DNA of 56,769 nt from Phenylobacterium sp. (lineage in GTDB: Bacteria > Pseudomonadota > Alphaproteobacteria > Caulobacterales > Caulobacteraceae): contig NZ_JAUXZW010000179.1 in assembly GCF_030693805.1 (NCBI RefSeq), positions 1 to 56,769 on the forward strand, written 5' to 3'. This document shows positions 1 to 7,747 of this stretch, in pieces. The position numbers and the translations under genes were made by a program. The notes under the pieces are model-generated. The model did no database searches, had not been told where the DNA came from, and saw only the letters and a program-made list of their open reading frames with translations. The stretch's first letter is position 1. Each line of letters begins with the position of its first letter.

Positions 1-246
1 AACCCGCAGTCGCGCACCCGCCACATGATCAGCAACGTGCGGATCAAGGGCTGGGAAGACGACATGCTGATCGTCAAGGCCAACTTCGTGGTCTACCGCA
101 TGCGCTTCCAGAACATCGACCCGTACATCGGCGAGTACACCTACAAGCTGCTGCCGCGGAACGGCTCGTTCAAGATCGCCGAGCGTCGCGCCATCCTCGA
201 CCTCGAGGCCCTGCGCCCGCACGGCAAGGTCAGCTTCATCGTCTAA
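1..246 (+). CDS. Aromatic ring-hydroxylating dioxygenase beta subunit (5'-truncated by window edge)
   Basis: Frame 1 is open from base 1: NPQSRTRHMISNV...ANFVVYR...FKIAERRAILD. The SRTRHxxSNV and KIxxRxxxLD pattern is typical of beta subunits. A Rieske ferredoxin and reductase lie nearby. Confidence 0.85.
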   Translation, partial: NPQSRTRHMISNVRIKGWEDDMLIVKANFVVYRMRFQNIDPYIGEYTYKLLPRNGSFKIAERRAILDLEALRPHGKVSFIV

Positions 247-262
247 GACACCCCGATCGCGA

Positions 263-293
263 TGCGCCGGCGCGACTTGCACGCGCCGGCGCA
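263..293. other. Intergenic GC-rich hairpin (possible mRNA stabiliser or attenuator)
   Basis: TGCGCCGGCGCG-acttgca-CGCGCCGGCGCA: a 12-bp stem with no U-tract, between co-oriented genes. Confidence 0.5.
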
Positions 294-339
294 GACGTGA
301 GCGAAGCCCAGTTCAGATCGACGTCAGGATTTCCATCGG

Positions 340-1173
340 ATGCAGCGCGCGCCAAGACTGGCCGGCAAGGTCGCCATCGTCACCGGAGCCAGCCGAGGGC
401 TCGGTCAGCACTGCGCCATGATGTACGCCGCCGAGGGGGCCAAGGTGGTCGTGGTGGGGCGTAACGCCAAGGAGAACCCGATGCGCCTGCCCGGCACCGT
501 CTTCCAGACGGCCGAGGCGATCGAGGAGTTCACCGGCGGTCAGGCCTTGGCGATCGTCTGCGACGTCACCGACGAAGCGGCCGTGGAGAGCATGGTCGAC
601 CAGGTGCTCGATCGCTGGGGCCGCATCGACGTGCTGCTCAACAACGCCGCCTATGTGATGGCGGAAGGCGAAGGCGTCGCCGGCATACCGCTGCGCCTTT
701 TCGACCAGATGCTGCAGGTCAACGTGCTGGCGGCCTTCCACGTGATCCGCGCCGTCCTGCCGGCCATGCAGGCCAAGCGCTTCGGCAACATCATCAACGT
801 CTCAGGACGCTCCCGCACCCGCGGCTCGCCGCTGGAGGCGACCAAGGCGGCGATGGAGACGCTGACCGTCGGACTGGCCGATGAGCTGAAGGCCGACGGC
901 GTGGCGGTGAACAGCCTGCGCCCGTTCGGTTTCGTCGACACCCCGGGGGTGTTGCTGAACAGCGAAGTAAAGCCCAGCGACCTGATGCCGGCCTACAGCT
1001 ACCTGGACGCGGCCGTGCTGCTGGCCATGCAGACCGCCGACACCTACACCGGCAACGTCAAGACCGACGCCGAGATCATCCGTGAGCTCTCGGACGCCGC
1101 CACCCTGCAGCGCTATGCGGAGATCAATCCGCCGGCCTGGAGCGCTTCCCTGCAGCTGGCGGGCGCGCGCTGA
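340..1173 (+). CDS. SDR family NAD(P)-dependent oxidoreductase (atypical active site)
   Basis: TGASRGLG Rossmann motif, CDV, IDVLLNNAA, GNIINVS, VAVNSL. The YxxxK position reads LEATK. Confidence 0.9.
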   Translation: MQRAPRLAGKVAIVTGASRGLGQHCAMMYAAEGAKVVVVGRNAKENPMRLPGTVFQTAEAIEEFTGGQALAIVCDVTDEAAVESMVDQVLDRWGRIDVLLNNAAYVMAEGEGVAGIPLRLFDQMLQVNVLAAFHVIRAVLPAMQAKRFGNIINVSGRSRTRGSPLEATKAAMETLTVGLADELKADGVAVNSLRPFGFVDTPGVLLNSEVKPSDLMPAYSYLDAAVLLAMQTADTYTGNVKTDAEIIRELSDAATLQRYAEINPPAWSASLQLAGAR

Positions 1174-1323
1174 ACCGCTGAGCCCTGAACGCTCCCGCCT
1201 AGGCAAGGCGGGGCGACAGGCTTTTGCGCTTCTGTTAAGTGCAGGCTAATCGGTATCCTAGACACCACCGACGACAGTAGGGTCCGCGCGACCTGAGTAA
1301 CCTCAATCCACCAGGGGAGGCCT

Positions 1324-1917
1324 ATGAGCTGGCTAACTGACAGACTGACGAAAGCCATGGCTGAGAAGGGGGTGACGGTCGACACCGTCGCCCGGCAGCT
1401 CGCCCTGGAGCGTTCGCGTCTGAACACCTTCATCGCCGGCACGGCCATTCCGAACGAGAACACGTCCAAGCGTCTCGCCAAATACTTCGGCGAGGATCCC
1501 CAGGAGTGGATCGACAACGTCGACAAGCGTGACGACGGCAAGGTGTCGGTCTCCAGCCTGCCGACCGACTTCATCAAGGTCGCCAAGACCTCGGAGATCG
1601 GCGAGGAGGACATGAAGATCGTCTTCCACGACCTGGTGGTGATCGCCAATGCGGAAGGCAATTTCTATGCGTTCGGCAACGTCTGCCCCCACGCCGCCGG
1701 CCCGATCGGCGAAGGCTTCCTGGAAGGCTGTATCGTCGAATGCCCTTGGCATGCCGGGCGCTGGGACGTGCGCACCGGCAAGGCTCTGACCCTGCTGGCC
1801 ACCGCCGACATCCCGATGTTCGACCTGCGGATCGTCGGCGACGACATCGAGATCAAGCTCAGCGAAGCCGCCCTCAAGCAGGGCGTGGTCTCCGCCGCCG
1901 GTCCCGATCCCGCCTGA
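1324..1917 (+). CDS. XRE/Cro-like helix-turn-helix fused to a Rieske [2Fe-2S] ferredoxin
   Basis: The N-terminal ~60 aa have an XRE-HTH pattern (LTKAMAEKGVTVDTVARQLALERSRLNTFIAGTAIPNENTSKRLAKYFG). The C-terminus has Rieske motifs CPHAAG and CPWH..WDVRTG. A strong SD (GGGAGG) precedes the ATG. Confidence 0.85.
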   Translation: MSWLTDRLTKAMAEKGVTVDTVARQLALERSRLNTFIAGTAIPNENTSKRLAKYFGEDPQEWIDNVDKRDDGKVSVSSLPTDFIKVAKTSEIGEEDMKIVFHDLVVIANAEGNFYAFGNVCPHAAGPIGEGFLEGCIVECPWHAGRWDVRTGKALTLLATADIPMFDLRIVGDDIEIKLSEAALKQGVVSAAGPDPA

Positions 1918-1942
1918 CAGGCGCCGCATCGCTGGAATGAAG

Positions 1943-1973
1943 AAAGGCGCCCCCGTCACCGGGGGCGCCTTTT
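1943..1973. terminator. Bidirectional rho-independent terminator
   Basis: AAAGGCGCCCCCG-tcac-CGGGGGCGCCTTT(T): a 13-bp stem with A/T tails, between convergent genes. Confidence 0.9.
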
Positions 1974-1992
1974 GTCTGGGTCGAATAGCCCG

Positions 1993-3219
1993 CTAGAGGA
2001 GGCTGCGCAGGCCGACCGCCGGATCGGCGAGTTGCGCCTCGCGCCCTGTAAGGTCGGTCTTCTTCATGATCATCCGCCGCACGATCGAATATTCGCGTGC
2101 AGGGGTGTTGATCGCGAAGAACGCGGTCACCCGACCCTCCTTCAGGTACATGATCATGAACGAGTTGTCCGCGAGCTCGCCACGACGCACCTGCGCGTCG
2201 TGGTCGTGCTCGTCGCCGGCGAACTCCAGGTGGATGTCGAAGATGTCCGACCACACATAGGCCAACAGCTCGTAGACCTCCGCGCCCCCGGCCATGTTGA
2301 GGCCCGCGACCCGGCCGCTTTGCTCGGCGTGGCCCCAATGCTCCGCGCGACGGCGGCGATTGAACAGGGCGTCGAAGTAGTTTGTCACGTCTCCGGCGGC
2401 GTAGATGTGCGGGTCGGAGGTGCGCATGTTCTCGTCGACGATGATCCCGTCGTTGACCTCCAGCCCCGCGGCCAACGCCAGTTCGACGTTTGGACGGATG
2501 CCGACGCCGATGCAGACCAGATCGCATTCGAGCACGTCGCCGGTGTTGGTGATCACCGCATCGACGCGGTCCTCGCCCCGGAACTCGCTGACGAGCGTCG
2601 AGTAGCGGAATTTGACGCCCTTGGCCGTGCAATACCCTGACACATAATCGGCGAGGTCCCGGTTGCCGAGTCGTTCCCAAATGCGCGGCAGGGCCTCGAT
2701 CACCGTCACGTCGACGTCGCGCTTGCGCAAGGTCGCGGCCACTTCCAGGCCGATGAAGCCGCCGCCGATGATGATCGCCTTACGGCCGGGCTGAGCCGCC
2801 GCCGCGATGGCGTCGGCGTCCGCCGCGGTGCGCAGATAATGGATGCCCGCCAGGCTCGAACCCGGCAGGTCGAGCTTCACGGGGCGACCGCCGGTGGCGA
2901 TCAACGCCTTCTCGTAGCGGATCTGCTCACCGCCGGCCAAGGTCGCGGTCCTGGCCTTGGGGTCGATCGCGGTGACCTCCTGGGACAGGGCGCACTCGAC
3001 CTTCAGGCCCGCTAGCTGCTCTGTGTCGCCTAGCGAAATCTCGTCGATCGTCTTGACGCCCTGCAGATATTCCTTCGACAGCGGTGGCCGGTCATACGGG
3101 GGCGCCGGCTCGTCGCAGGCGATCAGGATCGAGCCGTCGGTATCGACTGTGCGGATCTGTTGCGCGGCTCGGATCGAGGCCAGGCCGCCCCCGATCAACA
3201 GGTATTTCACGTCGCGCAT
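1993..3219 (-). CDS. Ferredoxin reductase (FAD/NAD(P)-dependent, oxygenase-coupled type)
   Basis: GGGLA, PYDRPPLSK, ATGG, GGGFIGLEVA, TSDPHIYAAGD, EHW and WSD motifs. The start could instead be GTG at 3225. Confidence 0.92.
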   Translation of the reverse strand: MRDVKYLLIGGGLASIRAAQQIRTVDTDGSILIACDEPAPPYDRPPLSKEYLQGVKTIDEISLGDTEQLAGLKVECALSQEVTAIDPKARTATLAGGEQIRYEKALIATGGRPVKLDLPGSSLAGIHYLRTAADADAIAAAAQPGRKAIIIGGGFIGLEVAATLRKRDVDVTVIEALPRIWERLGNRDLADYVSGYCTAKGVKFRYSTLVSEFRGEDRVDAVITNTGDVLECDLVCIGVGIRPNVELALAAGLEVNDGIIVDENMRTSDPHIYAAGDVTNYFDALFNRRRRAEHWGHAEQSGRVAGLNMAGGAEVYELLAYVWSDIFDIHLEFAGDEHDHDAQVRRGELADNSFMIMYLKEGRVTAFFAINTPAREYSIVRRMIMKKTDLTGREAQLADPAVGLRSLL

Positions 3220-3273
3220 CACCACCCCTGTTCAGGTTTGGAAACCTGCATGTTTGTTCTCCTCCAACGCATA

Positions 3274-4350
3274 TTATTCCGTTCCCTGAGCGACTTGCGC
3301 CGCCGCCGCCCGCTTCGAGACGTGGTGTTCCCACAGCGTGATGAACAGGGTTGAGGCGACGATGATCGCCGCACCGACGATTGTCCAGGCGTCCGGCAGC
3401 TCGTTGAAAAACATGAAACCCACGAGGGCGGCGAACACCAGCCGCGTGTAGTCGATGGGGGCCATGGCGGCCGCGTCGCCGACCTGCAGTCCTCGGATGA
3501 ACAGCGCCTGGTTCATCGTCCCGATCACGCCCATGAGCAACAGCAGCGCGAGGTCCGGCCAGGTCGGCCAACGCCAGGTCAGCACCGCACCTGGGATGGC
3601 GAACACCGCGCCCAGCACAGCTGCCCAGACCAACACCACCATCGGGCTGTGGTCCTGGGTGAGAATCTTCATACCCGCGACGCTGAACGCCAGCAGGAAC
3701 GCGGCCGCCAGCATCGCCAGCGCGGGCAAGCCGACCGCATTCTCGCCCCCCATGCTGTGCGCCAGCATCACCAGCACGCCGGCGAAGCCCACGGTCACCG
3801 CGCCGATGCGCAGCGGGCCGACGTGTTCGCGCATCACCACCGCGGCCAGGATCGTGACCCAAAGGCTGCGGGTGAAGGACAGCGCATTGGCCTCCGCCAG
3901 CGGCATCTTCTGGAAGGCGTAGAACGTGAGCGTAATGCCGGAAACGGCCATCACCGAGCGTGACAGCACCATCAATGGCCGGGTTGTGTAGAACACGCTG
4001 ACGCCGCGCCGCAGTATGAACGGCGTGAGGATCAGCAGGCCGGCCGCCTGCCGATAGAAGGCTTGCAGCGGGGCTGGGTAGTCATCGCCCAGTAACTTGA
4101 TCAGCGACGTCATGATGGTGAACGTCAGCGACGCGCCCAGCATCCACAGGGCCCCGCGCGTGTTGCCGCTCAGCCCGGAACCGAAGGGACGCTTCAGCGT
4201 CCCGCTCCGCAGTGTCCGACCATCATGTGCCGCCCCTTTACCCAAGGTCGCCTCCCATAGCCTCCGAAACTCGCCGGGGCCACCCGGAACAGGCCCGATG
4301 GGCGGCGGCGCCTCGAAAGCCTGAAACGAGATGGGAAGCGGCGCCGTCAC
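3274..4350 (-). CDS. DMT/EamA family transporter (true start probably downstream, near 4197)
   Basis: Ten-TM EamA pattern from NTRGALWM to APIDYTRLVFAA. The first ~50 aa of the ORF look non-homologous. A GGAG lies 7 nt before an in-frame CTG at 4197. Confidence 0.85.
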   Translation of the reverse strand: MTAPLPISFQAFEAPPPIGPVPGGPGEFRRLWEATLGKGAAHDGRTLRSGTLKRPFGSGLSGNTRGALWMLGASLTFTIMTSLIKLLGDDYPAPLQAFYRQAAGLLILTPFILRRGVSVFYTTRPLMVLSRSVMAVSGITLTFYAFQKMPLAEANALSFTRSLWVTILAAVVMREHVGPLRIGAVTVGFAGVLVMLAHSMGGENAVGLPALAMLAAAFLLAFSVAGMKILTQDHSPMVVLVWAAVLGAVFAIPGAVLTWRWPTWPDLALLLLMGVIGTMNQALFIRGLQVGDAAAMAPIDYTRLVFAALVGFMFFNELPDAWTIVGAAIIVASTLFITLWEHHVSKRAAAAQVAQGTE

Positions 4351-4474
4351 GCTCTGCGCGCGTCAGACCCGCCCTTAAGATGGGCAGTTTCGGTCAAGGA
4401 CCTGTTTTGCGGCCCCTATCCGTGCGGTCCGCGTTACGGTGGGCGCACTCGCAGCTTCCCAGAAGGAGATCGTC

Positions 4475-7400
4475 CTGTCGGCGCTCATCGGCCTGCACCA
4501 CGCCACCCGCTACCGCTACGATCGTCCGGTGGAGCTCGGCCCGCAAATCGTGCGCCTGCGTCCGGCTCCCCACTGCCGCACGCGGATCGCCAGCTATTCG
4601 CTGAAGATCACGCCCGCCAACCACAACCACCACCCGCAGCCCGACCCCCACGCCAACTCCCTCGCCCCGCACGTGTTCCCCGAACGGACGCGGGAGTTCA
4701 GCGTCACCGTCGACCTGACCGCCGACATGACCGTGGTCAATCCGTTCGACTTCTTCGTCGAGCCCTACGCCGAGGTGCTGCCGTTCCGCTACACCGACGA
4801 TCTCGCCGCCGACCTGACCCCCTATCGCGAAGTCGCTGAGGACGGGCCCAGGCTCGACGCCCTGGTCGCCAGCCTGCCCATCGACGGCGCACGCACCGTG
4901 GACTTCCTGGTCGGCCTGAACGCCCAGCTCGCCCGCGAGGTGCGCTACCTGGTGCGCCTTGAGCCCGGCGTGCAGACTCCGGACGAAACCCTGGCGCTGG
5001 CCTCGGGCTCATGCCGCGACAGCGCCTGGCTGCTGGTTCAGGTGGCCAGAAAGCTGGGCCTCGCGGCGCGTTTCGTGTCTGGCTACCTGGTCCAGCTCAA
5101 GGCCGACATCGACCCGATCGAGGGGCCGTTGGGCACGCGCACCGACTTCACCGACCTGCACGCATGGGCCGAGATCTACCTGCCGGGCGCGGGCTGGATC
5201 GGCTTCGACGTCACCTCCGGCCTGCTGTGCGGTGAGGGCCATCTGCCGCTCGCCGCCTCCCCGCACTACCGCTCGGCGGCGGCGATCACCGGCGGCGTCG
5301 AACCGGCCGAGACCACGTTCGACTTCGAGATGACGCTGACGCGCCTGGTGGATCCGATCCGCATCACCCGACCGTTCGAGGACGCCGCCTGGGCCGAGCT
5401 CAAGGCGGTCGGCGAGCGGGTGGAAAAGGACCTGCTCGATCAGGATGTGCGCCTGACCATGGGCGGCGAGCCGACCTTCGTGTCGATCGACGACTTCGAG
5501 GCCGCCGAGTGGAACACCGACGCGTCGGGCCCGACGAAACCGGTGATCGCCGCCCAACTGCTGCAACGGCTGAAGACCCGCTTCGGCAAGGGCGGCATGC
5601 TGCACTATGGTCAGGGCAAGTGGTATCCGGGCGAGCCCCTGCCTCGCTGGGCGCTGGGCCTGTTCTGGCGGCGCGACGGCCAGCCCGTGTGGCGGGGCGA
5701 GATCGCGCCAGCTGACGCGCCGCCGACGCCGCTGGCCAATATCGCCGACGCCTCGACCCTGATCCAGCGCCTGGCCGGGAGGCTGGGTCTGGATCCCGCC
5801 AACGTGCTGCCGGCCCGTGAAGACCCGTTGAACGCCATCAAGGCCGAAGCCGACCTTCCCGAGGACGTCGTGCTGGACGATGCGGCGCTCGACGACGCCG
5901 CGAGCCGTTTGCGGCTGCGCAAGGCGATGGAAGGCGGGCTATCCAAGGCGGTGGGCTACGTGCTGCCGCTCAGGCGCGCCATGACCAAGTCGGAGGGCGA
6001 AGGTTGGGTCAGCGAGGCTTGGCGGTTCAAGCGCGAGCGGCTGTTCCTGATCGCGGGCGATTCCCCGGTCGGCCTGCGCCTGCCGCTGGACTCCCTGCCG
6101 GAGGTAAAGCCCAAGGACTACCCGCACATCACGCCGGTGGACCCCTACGAGGTGCGCGGGCCCTTGCCGAACCTGGACGTGATCTACCAGACGTTCGGGC
6201 CGGCGGTGCGTCAGCCCAAGCCGCGCAAGACGCCGATCGTGCGCACCGCGCTGTCGATCGAGCCGCGTGACGGCTGGCTCTATGTGTTCATGCCGCCGGT
6301 GGCGCGGTTGGAGGACTACCTGGAGCTCGTCGCCCATCTGGACGTCGCCGCCGACGGCCTGCCGATCCGCATCGAGGGTTACCCCCCGCCCGACGACCTG
6401 CGCATGGCGGTGCTGAAGGTCACGCCCGACCCCGGGGTCATAGAGGTCAACGTCCACCCGGCCGCCACCTGGCGCGAGGCCGTCGAGATAACCACCGGCG
6501 TCTACGAGGACGCCGTCGCCTGCCGCCTGGGCGCCGACAAGTTCATGACCGACGGGCGCCACGCCGGCACCGGCGGCGGCGCGCACGTGGTGGTCGGCGG
6601 CTCCAGTCCCGAGAACTCGCCGTTCCTGCGCCGGCCGGACGTGCTGAAGAGCCTGCTGCTCTACTGGCAGCGCCACCCTTCGCTGTCGTACCTGTTCTCC
6701 GGGCTGTTCGTCGGTCCCACCAGCCAGGCGCCACGCATCGACGAGGCGCGCCACGACGCGCTGTATGAACTCGACATCGCGCTCTCGATGATCCCCGGGC
6801 CGGATGAAAAGCCGCCGGCGCCGTGGCTGGTGGACCGGCTGCTGCGCAACCTGCTGGTCGACGTCAGCGGCAACACCCACCGCACCGAGATCTGCGTCGA
6901 CAAGCTCTATTCGCCCGACGGCCCCGCCGGACGCCTGGGGCTGCTGGAATTCCGCGGCTTCGAGATGCCGCCGGACGCGCGCATGAGCCTGGCCCAGCAA
7001 CTGTTGATCCGCGCGCTCGTCGCCTGGTTCTGGCGCGAACCACAGACCGGCTCGCTGGTCCGCTGGGGCACCGCCCTGCACGACCGATTCATGCTGCCGC
7101 ACTTCGTGTGGGGCGACTTCATGGACGTGCTCGCCGATCTGAACCGCGCGGGCTACGCCTTCGATTCCCAATGGTACGAGGCCCAGCGGGCGTTCCGCTT
7201 CCCGATCCATGGCCAGGTGCAATATGGCGGCGTGACGCTGGAGGTGCGCCATGCGCTGGAGCCCTGGTACGTGCTGGGTCAGGAAAGCTCCAATTCGGCG
7301 ACGGTGCGGTTCGCCGATTCGTCGGTGGAGCGGCTGCAGATCACCGCGCGCGGGTTTAACCCTGACCGCTACACGATCACCTGTAACGGCCGGGCCCTGC

Positions 7401-7747
7401 CGATGACGCCGACCGGGATCTCGATGGAGGCGGTGGCCGGCGTCCGCTACAAGGCGTGGAAGCTCGCCAATGGCCTGCACCCCACCTTGCCGGTCGACGC
7501 GCCGCTCACCTTCGATATCATCGACCGCGGGAACAACCGCTCGATCGGCGGCTGCGTCTACCACGTCAGCCATCCGGGCGGGCGCAACTACGAGACCTTC
7601 CCGGTGAACTCCTACGAAGCCCAGGCCCGTCGCAAAGCCCGCTTCGAGGAGCAGGGGCATAGTCCGGGCGTGGTGTCGCCGCCGCGTCCGCAACCGACCG
7701 TGGAGTTTCCAATGACGCTTGATTTGAGGATGCCCCTTGGCCACTGA
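4475..7747 (+). CDS. Transglutaminase-like domain fused to DUF2126 putative amidoligase
   Basis: HxTxYxYD N-terminal domain, GSCRDS/DLHAW/GFD triad, then LTMGGEPTFVS, TPDPGVIEVN, GNTHRTEICVDKLY and EFRGFEMPP. AAGGAG lies 6 nt before CTG at 4475; the ORF track start is 4439. Confidence 0.9.
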   Translation: MSALIGLHHATRYRYDRPVELGPQIVRLRPAPHCRTRIASYSLKITPANHNHHPQPDPHANSLAPHVFPERTREFSVTVDLTADMTVVNPFDFFVEPYAEVLPFRYTDDLAADLTPYREVAEDGPRLDALVASLPIDGARTVDFLVGLNAQLAREVRYLVRLEPGVQTPDETLALASGSCRDSAWLLVQVARKLGLAARFVSGYLVQLKADIDPIEGPLGTRTDFTDLHAWAEIYLPGAGWIGFDVTSGLLCGEGHLPLAASPHYRSAAAITGGVEPAETTFDFEMTLTRLVDPIRITRPFEDAAWAELKAVGERVEKDLLDQDVRLTMGGEPTFVSIDDFEAAEWNTDASGPTKPVIAAQLLQRLKTRFGKGGMLHYGQGKWYPGEPLPRWALGLFWRRDGQPVWRGEIAPADAPPTPLANIADASTLIQRLAGRLGLDPANVLPAREDPLNAIKAEADLPEDVVLDDAALDDAASRLRLRKAMEGGLSKAVGYVLPLRRAMTKSEGEGWVSEAWRFKRERLFLIAGDSPVGLRLPLDSLPEVKPKDYPHITPVDPYEVRGPLPNLDVIYQTFGPAVRQPKPRKTPIVRTALSIEPRDGWLYVFMPPVARLEDYLELVAHLDVAADGLPIRIEGYPPPDDLRMAVLKVTPDPGVIEVNVHPAATWREAVEITTGVYEDAVACRLGADKFMTDGRHAGTGGGAHVVVGGSSPENSPFLRRPDVLKSLLLYWQRHPSLSYLFSGLFVGPTSQAPRIDEARHDALYELDIALSMIPGPDEKPPAPWLVDRLLRNLLVDVSGNTHRTEICVDKLYSPDGPAGRLGLLEFRGFEMPPDARMSLAQQLLIRALVAWFWREPQTGSLVRWGTALHDRFMLPHFVWGDFMDVLADLNRAGYAFDSQWYEAQRAFRFPIHGQVQYGGVTLEVRHALEPWYVLGQESSNSATVRFADSSVERLQITARGFNPDRYTITCNGRALPMTPTGISMEAVAGVRYKAWKLANGLHPTLPVDAPLTFDIIDRGNNRSIGGCVYHVSHPGGRNYETFPVNSYEAQARRKARFEEQGHSPGVVSPPRPQPTVEFPMTLDLRMPLGH

